A stretch of 32,000 nucleotides of DNA from Bifidobacterium longum subsp. longum JCM 1217 (GTDB lineage: Bacteria; Actinomycetota; Actinomycetes; Actinomycetales; Bifidobacteriaceae): the NCBI RefSeq assembly GCF_000196555.1, contig NC_015067.1, positions 1,740,001 to 1,772,000 of the forward strand, written 5' to 3'. The notes beneath the pieces were generated by a model, which was given only the letters and a program-made list of their open reading frames with translations, did no database searches and was not told the DNA's origin. Both the position numbers and the translations under genes were made by a program. Shown here piece after piece: positions 16,401-25,140 of this stretch. Within the stretch, counting starts at the first letter, position 1. Each line of letters begins with the position of its first letter.

Positions 16401-16866
16401 GCTCGATTTTCCTATCAAACAAACTAAGAACATTTGCAATAGCATTTTGTTCCGCCATCGAAGGAAGAGGCAATTTCATGGCACAAAGATTACTCTGGCT
16501 CAGCTTTGGCTGCGTAGATCCTGTTACGTAGGCAGAAATATCAGTCATATTAAGAAGATGTCTCAGAAAAACGAGATTACACTTTTCGGACTCAGCAATA
16601 ACATGCGCATGATTATTCACTCTGAATTTTCCAGAAGCCGCATTCGCAATAGGATTCTTGCGACTCCTAAGATTTTCCCCATCTTCAGCAACCAGTAGGT
16701 AATCTCCCTCATAGGTGTAATCATCTAGATAATCGACAATACCTTGAGCTCCGTAATAAGGATAGGAACCTTTTCTGTCCTTTCTGTCCCTAGAAGATAT
16801 CGGCTCTCTCTTGACATCTTCAAGCTCGATAACATCACCTAGACGCGTCAGCTGCTCACATGCCAT
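16363..16866 (-). CDS. hsdS: Type I R-M specificity subunit HsdS, 5' half only (TRD 'C1' + central conserved region), linked to hsdM
   Basis: 167 aa. The ATG overlaps the hsdM stop by 11 nt (16856-16866). The TRD is followed by MAEQNAIANVLSLFDRKIELNNQLNDYL, then LAA and a stop. The stop arises because the sequence after the core is the reverse complement of the B2 C-terminal block. Confidence 0.85.
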   Translation of the reverse strand: MACEQLTRLGDVIELEDVKREPISSRDRKDRKGSYPYYGAQGIVDYLDDYTYEGDYLLVAEDGENLRSRKNPIANAASGKFRVNNHAHVIAESEKCNLVFLRHLLNMTDISAYVTGSTQPKLSQSNLCAMKLPLPSMAEQNAIANVLSLFDRKIELNNQLNDYLLAA

Positions 16867-18364
16867 AGCCGATGGCCTCCAGATTCTTCTTGATCTGCTC
16901 TTGCAGACGGTTGGATTCCTCGAAGCATTTGGCGATCTCGCCGGTCAGACGGGTCATCTTCTCCTCGAATGGCTCATCGTCTTCTTCCACTTCGGCGACA
17001 CCGACGTAACGGCCTGGAGTCAGGATGTAATCCTGCGCCTTGATATCTTCCGTCGTGGCGATGGCGGAGAAGCCCTTCTCCGTTTCCAGAGTGCCGTCAC
17101 GGAACGCGTCGAACGCAGTCGATACCTTGGCGATGTCCTCATCGGTAAACTCGCGGAGCCTGCGGGACACCATGGTTCCCATATCGCGCGCGTCGATGAA
17201 CAACGTCTTGCCGGACTGCTTCTTGTTCTTGGTGATGATCCACAAGCTCACAGGTATACCGGTGCTGTAGAAAAGCTTGTCCGGCATTGCGATGATGCCC
17301 TCGACCAGATCGGCATCCACGATCTTGGCGCGGATCTCGCCCTCGTTGTTCGTCTGGCTGGACAACGCGCCGTTCGCCAGAACCATGCCCATGCGGCCGG
17401 AACGGTTGAGATGGTGGATCATGTGCTGGACCCATGCGAAGTTGGCGTTGCCCTCCGGTGGGGTGCCGTACTGCCAGCGTACGTCGTTCTCGAGTTTCTT
17501 TCCTCCCCAGTCCTTCAGGTTGAAGGGCGGGTTAGCGAGGATGAAATCGAATTTCTCGGTCTTGTGCAGGTCCTCGAAGAACGTGTCGGCATTATGATCG
17601 CCCAGATCCGCGTCGATGCCACGGATCGCGAGGTTCATGGTCGCCATTTTCCACGTGGTCGGATTGGACTCCTGGCCGTACACGGAGATGTCGTTAATGT
17701 TGCCCTGATGGCGTTTGACGAAGTCCGCGGACTGTACGAACATGCCGCCGCTGCCACAGCACGGATCGTACACTCGCCCGTGGTAGGGTTCGATGACTTC
17801 GACCAGCGTCTTCACGACGCACGCGGGTGTGTAGAACTCGCCGGCGTTCTTGCCCTCCGCTTCGGCGAATTTGGCCAGGCAATATTCGTAGGTGCGTCCG
17901 AGGATGTCGCGGCTATCGCCCTTTTCGGCCATCTTCACGTTGGCGAACAGGTCCACGACTTCGCCCAGACGTCGCTTGTCGAGCTCCTGGCGTGCGAAGT
18001 TCTTCGGCAGGATGCCCTTGAGCTTGTTGTTCTCGGCCTCGATCTGGCGCATGGCCTCGTCGATGGCCTTGCCGATCTCGGGCGTGTGCGCGGCCGCTGC
18101 GATGGTCTTCCAGCGGGCGCTCTCGGGAACGAAGAAGATGTTCTCACTCGCGTATTCGTCGCGGTCCTCCTCGAAGCCCTCTCCCTCCTCAACGAGTTCC
18201 TGGTATTTCTGGTCGAACTTGTCGGAGATGTACTTCAGGAAGATGAGGCCGAGCACGACGTTCTTGTATTCGGAAGCGTCGATGTTGCCGCGCAGCTTGT
18301 CGGCAGCGCTCCAGATCTGTTCCTCGAAGCCGATCTCGGCGGTATTGTCCTTCTTCTTTGCCAT
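16856..18364 (-). CDS. hsdM: Type I R-M DNA methyltransferase subunit HsdM (N6-adenine)
   Basis: HsdM N-terminal domain (IWSAADKLRGNIDASEYKNVVLGLIFLKYISD), AdoMet motif I (VYDPCCGSGGMF) and catalytic motif IV (ILANPPFN). A strong SD, AGGAGG, precedes the ATG at 18364. Confidence 0.93.
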   Translation of the reverse strand: MAKKKDNTAEIGFEEQIWSAADKLRGNIDASEYKNVVLGLIFLKYISDKFDQKYQELVEEGEGFEEDRDEYASENIFFVPESARWKTIAAAAHTPEIGKAIDEAMRQIEAENNKLKGILPKNFARQELDKRRLGEVVDLFANVKMAEKGDSRDILGRTYEYCLAKFAEAEGKNAGEFYTPACVVKTLVEVIEPYHGRVYDPCCGSGGMFVQSADFVKRHQGNINDISVYGQESNPTTWKMATMNLAIRGIDADLGDHNADTFFEDLHKTEKFDFILANPPFNLKDWGGKKLENDVRWQYGTPPEGNANFAWVQHMIHHLNRSGRMGMVLANGALSSQTNNEGEIRAKIVDADLVEGIIAMPDKLFYSTGIPVSLWIITKNKKQSGKTLFIDARDMGTMVSRRLREFTDEDIAKVSTAFDAFRDGTLETEKGFSAIATTEDIKAQDYILTPGRYVGVAEVEEDDEPFEEKMTRLTGEIAKCFEESNRLQEQIKKNLEAIGYGM

Positions 18365-18389
18365 GTCTTGTATTATCCTCCTGCTCGTC

Positions 18390-21300
18390 CTATTCGCTGA
18401 TCTTGGTGTCGGCCCACAGCTCGCACTGTTCCATGACGGTCTTCATGGCGTCCTCGACGCCTTCGGGCGGATACTTGTATTTGCGCAGCAAACGTTTGAT
18501 GGCACGCCGCATGCCGGCCCTGGCGCTTTCCTTCTTCTGCCAGTCGATCGTGGCGTTGCTCCGCATCGCATCGGTCAACTCGCGGGCTATCGAGACGAGC
18601 TGGTCGTTGTCGTAGAAGTCCTTGACCGCCTGCGGCTGGGTGATCGCGTCGTAGAACGCCATCTCCTCGTCGCTCAAGCCGAGCTTCTGCGCGTCGTCGC
18701 GGTCCTTCATGATCTCCTTGGCCATGTTGACGAGCTCTTCGATGACCTGCGCGTTCGTGAGCATGCCGTTGAGATACGCGTTCAACGTGTTCTGGAGCAT
18801 CTCGCTGAACTTCTGGGATTTGACCACGCTGGTGCGCCCGTACGCCCGCACTTTCTCCTTGATGAGGCGTTTCAGGCTCTCGATCGCGATGTTCTTCTCC
18901 TTCATGCCGGCGACCTCCTGGAGGAACGCCTCATCGAACAGGGAGATCTCCACGCTGTCCTTCTCGAACAGGTTGAGCACGCCGTCCGCATGCACGCTCT
19001 GCTGGAGGATCTCGCTCACCTGCTTGTTGAACTCCGTGTACGTCATGCCGCTGCCCCCGCCGGAGCCACGTCCGGTCAGGCGAAGGACCTGCACGCGCAA
19101 TACGGATAGGTAAGCCGCCTCATGCGCGTCCTCTTCGCTTACCATGCTTTTGCACAGGCTCAGCGCCTGGTTCATGAGCTGGCATTGCTTGAGGAACGAT
19201 TCCGTGTCTTCGTGCCGTTCCAGATCGAGCAGCCAGTCGGTTCCCTCCGCGATGGCGTCGGCAAGCGCCTCCCTGCTGTTCTGGAAGATGAGTTTGCGGT
19301 AGTTGAAGCCGTACATGAGATCACGGCACACGTCGAGCTTTTCGAGGAATTTCGGATAGGCGGTCTCGGCGATGTTCATGTCGCCGTAATTGTGCTGGTC
19401 ACGGCTGGTATAGTCCTTCATCGCCCGCTTGAGCGCGCCTGCGATGCCGATGTAATCCACGACCAGACCGCCCTCCTTGCCCTTGCACACGCGGTTGACG
19501 CGGGCGATGGCCTGCATGAGGTTATGGCCCTTCATCGGCTTGAACACGTACATGGTGGACAGGCTGGGCACGTCGAAGCCGGTGAGCCACATGTCCACGA
19601 CGATGGCGATCTTGAGGGAATCGGAATCGTCCTTGAACCTGCGTTCCATCTCCTTCTTGTGCGTGGTGCCGCCGCACACGTCGAACCATTCCTCCGGATC
19701 CTGGTTCGACATGGTCATCACCACGCCGACCTTGTCTTTCCATTCGGGGCGCAGCTCCATGATCCTGTAGTAGATCTTCATCGCAATCGGCCGGCTGTAC
19801 GCCACGATCAGGGCCTTGCCGGCCAGGACGTCGGCGCGGTTGTTCTCGTAATGGTCCACGATGTCGCGGCACAATGCGTCGATGGTTTCAGGAGTGTCGA
19901 AGATGGCATCGAGGCCGCCGAGGTCATGCTTGGACTTCTCCACGCTCGCCTCGTCGGCCTGGTCCGCGAACTCCTTGTAGACCGCGTCGATGCGGCCCAG
20001 CGCGTTCTCGTCAAGATGGAGCGAGACCACACGGCTTTCGTAGTAGACCGGCTTGGTGGACTCGTCCTCGACGGACTGGGTCATGTCGTACACGTCAATG
20101 TAGTCGCCGAAGATCTCGCGGGTGTTGCGGTCATCCGTGGAGATCGGCGTTCCGGTGAAACCGATATAGGACGCGTTCGGCAGTGCCTTGCGCACGACAC
20201 GGGCCGCGCCGACCGACACATGACCGTCCGCGTTGATCCGTTCGGTCAGGCCGTACTGGCCGCGGTGAGCCTCGTCCACCATCACCACAACGTTGCTCCG
20301 GTCGCACAACGGCTCGTCGCCGTCCGAGAACTTCTGCATGGTCGTGAAGATGATGCCGTTCGCCTCACGACCCTCAAGCAGTTCCTGAAGATTCCTGCGG
20401 CTCTCGGCCTGGACCGCCTTCTGGCGCAGGAACCTGGCGCAGCGGCTGAATTGTCCGAAAAGCTGGTCGTCGAGATCGTTGCGGTCGGTGATGACCACGA
20501 TGGTCGGGCTTTCAAGATAACGCTGCAGCAGATGTGCGAAGAACACCATCGAAAGCGATTTTCCGCTTCCCTGGGTGTGCCAGAACACGCCGATCCTGCC
20601 ATCCCCATTGACGGCCTCTTCCGCTCTGACGATGGCTTTCCGCACCGCGAAATACTGGTGGTATGCGGCGATGATCTTCACGACCTTCTCGGAGGAATCG
20701 TTGAAGCATACGAAGTTTTGGATGATGTCGAGCAGCCGTTCCTTCGGGAGCATGCCGTCAATCATGGTGCTCCATGCCGCGGCTTTCGTTCCGGAATAGT
20801 CGCCGTCCGCCGACTTCCAAGCCACGTAACGGTCCTCGTCGGATGTGATCGTGCCGACCCTGGTCTGGGTCATATCGCTCATCACGCAGAACACGTTGGG
20901 CACGAACATGCTCGGTATCTGCTTCATGTACTGGCGCAATTGCAGGTACGCGTGTGAAGCGTCCGTCTCCTCTCTCGACGGGGACTTCAGCTCGAACAAC
21001 ACCAACGGCATGCCGTTCACGAAAATGATGACATCGGGACGTTTCTCGGAATACTCCACGAACGTCCACTGGTTCACGACATGGAAATCGTTGTTCTCGG
21101 GATCGTCGAAATCAAGCAGCCGGACGATGTCATCACGCTCTTCCTTGCCGTCAAAGAAGTGCACTTCGACTCCTGATTGCAGGTAGTCATTGAATATCTC
21201 GTTGCGCTGCTCCAAGCTGCCGATCTCGACATTCTGAATCTTCCGGATGGCCTCCTCGACGGCTGCTTCCGGCAGATTTCTGTTGATTCGTCGCAACGCA

Positions 21301-21509
21301 TCCGGGAGAATATCAGGAAGGAATACGTCGCGATACGAGTCGTCGGTGCGGCGAACATCGGGCCCGTACAGGTGCTCATATCCGAGTTTCTCCGTTAGAT
21401 GTTCGACGATCAGATTTTCGTACCATTCCTCGTTCAGTGGATCCATGGACGTGATGTTGTTCAGAGAACACTCCGAGACCGTACGAGATTCGACTTTGGA
21501 AACAGCCAT
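18390..21509 (-). CDS. hsdR: Type I restriction enzyme R subunit HsdR (SF2 helicase/endonuclease)
   Basis: 1039 aa with Walker A (FWHTQGSGKSLSM), DEAH (VVMVDEAHRGQ), GFTGTP and QAIARVNR. The N-terminal nuclease-type region contains PDVIIFVNGMPLVLFELK. A 25-nt gap separates it from hsdM. Confidence 0.93.
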   Translation of the reverse strand: MAVSKVESRTVSECSLNNITSMDPLNEEWYENLIVEHLTEKLGYEHLYGPDVRRTDDSYRDVFLPDILPDALRRINRNLPEAAVEEAIRKIQNVEIGSLEQRNEIFNDYLQSGVEVHFFDGKEERDDIVRLLDFDDPENNDFHVVNQWTFVEYSEKRPDVIIFVNGMPLVLFELKSPSREETDASHAYLQLRQYMKQIPSMFVPNVFCVMSDMTQTRVGTITSDEDRYVAWKSADGDYSGTKAAAWSTMIDGMLPKERLLDIIQNFVCFNDSSEKVVKIIAAYHQYFAVRKAIVRAEEAVNGDGRIGVFWHTQGSGKSLSMVFFAHLLQRYLESPTIVVITDRNDLDDQLFGQFSRCARFLRQKAVQAESRRNLQELLEGREANGIIFTTMQKFSDGDEPLCDRSNVVVMVDEAHRGQYGLTERINADGHVSVGAARVVRKALPNASYIGFTGTPISTDDRNTREIFGDYIDVYDMTQSVEDESTKPVYYESRVVSLHLDENALGRIDAVYKEFADQADEASVEKSKHDLGGLDAIFDTPETIDALCRDIVDHYENNRADVLAGKALIVAYSRPIAMKIYYRIMELRPEWKDKVGVVMTMSNQDPEEWFDVCGGTTHKKEMERRFKDDSDSLKIAIVVDMWLTGFDVPSLSTMYVFKPMKGHNLMQAIARVNRVCKGKEGGLVVDYIGIAGALKRAMKDYTSRDQHNYGDMNIAETAYPKFLEKLDVCRDLMYGFNYRKLIFQNSREALADAIAEGTDWLLDLERHEDTESFLKQCQLMNQALSLCKSMVSEEDAHEAAYLSVLRVQVLRLTGRGSGGGSGMTYTEFNKQVSEILQQSVHADGVLNLFEKDSVEISLFDEAFLQEVAGMKEKNIAIESLKRLIKEKVRAYGRTSVVKSQKFSEMLQNTLNAYLNGMLTNAQVIEELVNMAKEIMKDRDDAQKLGLSDEEMAFYDAITQPQAVKDFYDNDQLVSIARELTDAMRSNATIDWQKKESARAGMRRAIKRLLRKYKYPPEGVEDAMKTVMEQCELWADTKISE

Positions 21510-21728
21510 TGCTTACCCCACAAACATATGGATTCTCAAGCAAACCACTTTTCGGTTAGTCTATCAACCAGCCTATCGTTCGGGTGTAATCAACATGGTT
21601 GTCCATGGCTATTTTCCGGCTTCCATTTAATCATGTGAGAGCGAAGAAACGCCATATTCAAAATCTGCATGCCGACCGCATTGAACAGTTGAACAAATAC
21701 CTGACGTAAACTTTATGGCATACCACGG

Positions 21729-21766
21729 AAAAAAAGTGGTCCCGCCGCTAAACGGCAGGACCACTT
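21729..21766 (-). terminator. rho-independent terminator of ileS
   Basis: The minus-strand RNA reads AAGUGGUCC-U-GCCG-UUUAG-CGGC-G-GGACCACUU followed by U7. It lies 56 nt after the ileS stop. Confidence 0.75.
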
Positions 21767-21822
21767 CGTGCATTTCACGCGCCCGTGCACCACGCATCAG
21801 GCGCGGTCAGTCCGCCACGGCA

Positions 21823-24800
21823 TCACGCCTTGGCGACCTCAACGGCCAGCTCGGCACCTTCCTTCACTTCGAAGGAGGTAGCCAGCGTCTCATGGGCGAT
21901 CAGATCCTTGAACTGCTCGACCTTGGCCACATCGGCGGCCGGAACGGTCAGCACCAGGGAGATGCGATCGGCGATGTCCAGACCGGTGTCCTTGCGGGCG
22001 TCCTGGATGGCGCGGATGGCGTCGCGGGCATAGCCTTCGGCGAGCAGATCGGCGTCAAGCGCCGTGTCGAGAATCGCAAAGCCGCCGGTCGGCAGGGCGG
22101 TGGACACCGAGGAGGCGGCCTCCGTGGCGTTCTCCTCCTCCACACGGTTGATCAGCTCATACTCGCCTTCGACCAGCGCAAGGTCGCCGGACGGCGTGGA
22201 GACCACCGGCGCACCGGACGCAGCATCGACATGCCAGTCGCCGGACTTGGACGCCTTGATGGCGAACTGCACCTGCTTGCCGAGGCGCGGACCCGCCGCA
22301 CGGGCATTCACACGCAGCTCGTGAACAATCTTCAGACCGTGGGCGGAGGCGTCCTCCAGAGTCGAGAACTCAATATTCTTGATATTAAGTTCGGCCTTCA
22401 GCAGCTCGTCGTAGGCTTTGACGGCGTCCACGTTCTCGACCACCACGGTGAGCTTGGAAAGCGGCTGGCGCACGCGGATCTTGGCGGCCTTGCGCAGGGA
22501 CAGGGTGCCGGAGACGACCTCACGCACCTTCTCCATCGCGTCCACCAAGGCCGGATCGTCGACCAGCACACGGCCGAGTTCGGTGTCTTCACCGGTCTTC
22601 TCGTCCACCACGAACGGCCAATCGGCCAGGTGCACGGACTCGCCACCGGTCAGACCACGCCACACGGACTCGGCTTCCATCGGGGCCAGCGGCGCAAGCA
22701 CGCGCATGAACGCCTCAAGCACGGTGTACAGCGTGTTGAACGCGGAAGCGTCCTCATTCCAGAAACGGTCACGGGTGTTGCGGATATACCAGTTGGTGAG
22801 CACGTCGATGAAGTCGGAGACCGCATCGCAGGCGTCGGAGATTGCGAACTCGTTCAGCGACTTCTCGGCGGCCAGCACCAGACGACGGGTACGGGCCAGC
22901 AGGTAGCGGTCCATCTCCGGCAGACCGGCGACCTCGTCCGCGCGCAGCTGGCGGGCGTCGAATCCGGCCCCGCCGTTGGCCGCGTTGGCGTACAAGGTGA
23001 AGAAGTAGTAGGAGCTCCACACCGGCAACATGACCTGGCGCACGGTGTCGCGGATGCCATCGGCGGTGACGATCAGGTTGCCGCCGCGCAGAATCGGCGA
23101 AGACATAAGGAACCAGCGCATGGCGTCGGAACCGTACTTGTCAAACACGCCGTTCACGTCCGGGTAGTTGCGCAAGTGCTTAGACATCTTCTGGCCGTCG
23201 GAGCCGAGCACGATGCCGTGGCAGATCACGTTCTTGAACGCCGGGCGGTCGAACAGGGCGGTCGCCATGACGTGCAGCAGGTAGAACCAGCCGCGGGTCT
23301 GGCCGATGTATTCCACGATGTAGTCGGCCGGGAAGTGCTGCTCGAACTTCTCCTTGTTCTCGAACGGGTAGTGGAACTGCGCGAACGACATGGAACCGGA
23401 CTCGAACCAGCAGTCGAGTACATCGGAAATACGGTGCATGTGCGACTTGCCGGTCGGGTCGTCCGGGTTGACGCGGACCAGGTTGTCGATCCACGGACGG
23501 TGCATGTTGATGTTGCCGTCCTTGTCGCGCGGGTAGTCACCGAAGTCGGCCTTGAGCTCTTCGAGAGAACCGTAAACGTCCACACGCGGGTACTTCGGAT
23601 CGTCACTCACCCACACCGGAATCGGGGAACCCCAGAAGCGGTTGCGGGAGATGGACCAGTCGCGCGCGTTGGCGAGCCACTTGCCGAACTGGCCGTCCTT
23701 GACGTTGCCCGGGATCCAGTTGATCTGCTGGTTCAATTCCAGCAGATGCGGCTTGATCTTGGTCACGGACACGAACCAGGAGGAGACCGGCTTGTAGATC
23801 AGCGGGGTGGCGCAGCGCCAGCAGTGCGGGTAGGAGTGCACGTAGCTCTTCTCCTGGAAGAGGATCGCGCGGCGCTCTTCCGGGATGGAAGCGAGCGGGC
23901 CGTCGCCGGCGCGCAGGTTGCGCAGGATCGGCAGGTTGGCGTCGAACACGAAATCGCCCTCGTAGTCGGGGCACTGCGCGGTGAAGCGGCAGCCATCGTC
24001 GAGCACGTCGGTGCTCTTGATGCCCTTGGCATTCAGCGTGTTCATATCGTCTTCACCGTAGGGGGCCTGGTGAACCAGACCGGTACCTTCGACGGTGTCG
24101 ACGTAGTCGGCAGTGAAGATCGTGTAGCCGTTCGGGCCGGGCACATGGCCTTCGGATTCGGCCGTCTCGCCCGCGAAGTACGGGAAGACCGGGTAGTAGC
24201 GGCGGCCTTCCAGCTCGGAGCCCTTGAGTTCGCGCACGACCTCGTAGTTCTCGCCGAGTTCCTTCTCGTAGTGCGGCAGCAGGTCCTTGCCGAGGTAGAA
24301 CTTCTTGCCAGCGAACTTGCCTTCGGTCGGGCGGACCTCGACGTAGTCGATGTCGGCGCCGACCACGATGGCGAAGTTGGTGGGCACGGTCCACGGGGTG
24401 GTGGTCCAGAAGACGGCGTAGGCGTCGTCTTCATCGCGCATCTTCACGGCCACGGACACGGTGGTGTCCTGGCGGTCCTGGTACACGTCGGCGTCCATGC
24501 GCAGCTCGTGCGCGCTCAGCGGCGTGCGGTCCTTCGGGCAGTACGGCAGCACGCGGTAGCCCTGGTAGGCCAGGCCCTTGTCGTAGAGCTGCTTGAAGGC
24601 CCACATCACGGATTCCATGTACGGGATGTTCAGGGTCTTGTAGCCGTGCTCGAAGTCCACCCAACGGGCCTGACGATGCACGTAGTTCTGCCATTCGTTG
24701 GTGTACTTCAGCACGGAAGCGCGGCAGGCGTCGTTGAACTTGTCGATGCCCATCTTCTCGATCTGGTCGACCGAGTCGATGCCGAGTTCCTTCTGCGCCT

Positions 24801-25134
24801 CAAGCTCGGCGGGCAGGCCGTGGGTGTCCCAGCCGAACACGCGGTTGACCTTGCGGCCCTTCATGGTCTGGTAGCGCGGGATCACGTCCTTGGCGTAGCC
24901 GGTCAGCAGGTGGCCGTAGTGCGGCAGACCGTTCGCAAAAGGCGGGCCATCGAAGAACACGAATTCGTTCTGGCTGTGGTCGCCGGAAGGGTTGCGTTCA
25001 ACGGACTTCTGGAAGGTGTCGTCCTTGTCCCAGTAGTCGAGAACGGTCTCCTCCATGTCGGGGAAGCTGGGGTTCGGCGCGACGTGCGCGGTCTCGCCGC
25101 CCTCGTTCGCCTTGGGATATACGTTTTCGCTCAC
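21823..25134 (-). CDS. ileS: isoleucyl-tRNA synthetase
   Basis: HIGH motif (PPFANGLPHYGHLLTG) and KMSKS motif (KMSKHL). Colinear with actinobacterial IleRS. I chose GTG 25134 (VSENVYPK, compare mycobacterial MTDNAYPK), which is preceded by AGGAG 7 nt upstream. The track ORF extends to GTG 25233, which has no SD. Confidence 0.93.
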   Translation of the reverse strand: MSENVYPKANEGGETAHVAPNPSFPDMEETVLDYWDKDDTFQKSVERNPSGDHSQNEFVFFDGPPFANGLPHYGHLLTGYAKDVIPRYQTMKGRKVNRVFGWDTHGLPAELEAQKELGIDSVDQIEKMGIDKFNDACRASVLKYTNEWQNYVHRQARWVDFEHGYKTLNIPYMESVMWAFKQLYDKGLAYQGYRVLPYCPKDRTPLSAHELRMDADVYQDRQDTTVSVAVKMRDEDDAYAVFWTTTPWTVPTNFAIVVGADIDYVEVRPTEGKFAGKKFYLGKDLLPHYEKELGENYEVVRELKGSELEGRRYYPVFPYFAGETAESEGHVPGPNGYTIFTADYVDTVEGTGLVHQAPYGEDDMNTLNAKGIKSTDVLDDGCRFTAQCPDYEGDFVFDANLPILRNLRAGDGPLASIPEERRAILFQEKSYVHSYPHCWRCATPLIYKPVSSWFVSVTKIKPHLLELNQQINWIPGNVKDGQFGKWLANARDWSISRNRFWGSPIPVWVSDDPKYPRVDVYGSLEELKADFGDYPRDKDGNINMHRPWIDNLVRVNPDDPTGKSHMHRISDVLDCWFESGSMSFAQFHYPFENKEKFEQHFPADYIVEYIGQTRGWFYLLHVMATALFDRPAFKNVICHGIVLGSDGQKMSKHLRNYPDVNGVFDKYGSDAMRWFLMSSPILRGGNLIVTADGIRDTVRQVMLPVWSSYYFFTLYANAANGGAGFDARQLRADEVAGLPEMDRYLLARTRRLVLAAEKSLNEFAISDACDAVSDFIDVLTNWYIRNTRDRFWNEDASAFNTLYTVLEAFMRVLAPLAPMEAESVWRGLTGGESVHLADWPFVVDEKTGEDTELGRVLVDDPALVDAMEKVREVVSGTLSLRKAAKIRVRQPLSKLTVVVENVDAVKAYDELLKAELNIKNIEFSTLEDASAHGLKIVHELRVNARAAGPRLGKQVQFAIKASKSGDWHVDAASGAPVVSTPSGDLALVEGEYELINRVEEENATEAASSVSTALPTGGFAILDTALDADLLAEGYARDAIRAIQDARKDTGLDIADRISLVLTVPAADVAKVEQFKDLIAHETLATSFEVKEGAELAVEVAKA

Positions 25135-25140
25135 CGTAAA

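Noticed and set aside
16811-20957. Plus-strand ORFs of 529, 405 and 611 aa (16811-18400, 17892-19109, 19122-20957) across hsdM/hsdR
   Set aside because: They are antisense shadows of clearly identified hsdM and hsdR. They have no motifs or SD sequences, and the composition is characteristic of shadow frames.
13400-21730. Direct repeats (att-like) flanking the R-M island, for example CATGAGAGC near 13410 versus CATGTGAGAGC near 21632
   Set aside because: The match is only about 9-11 nt and imperfect, which is indistinguishable from chance by eye. No integrase or tRNA target is present.
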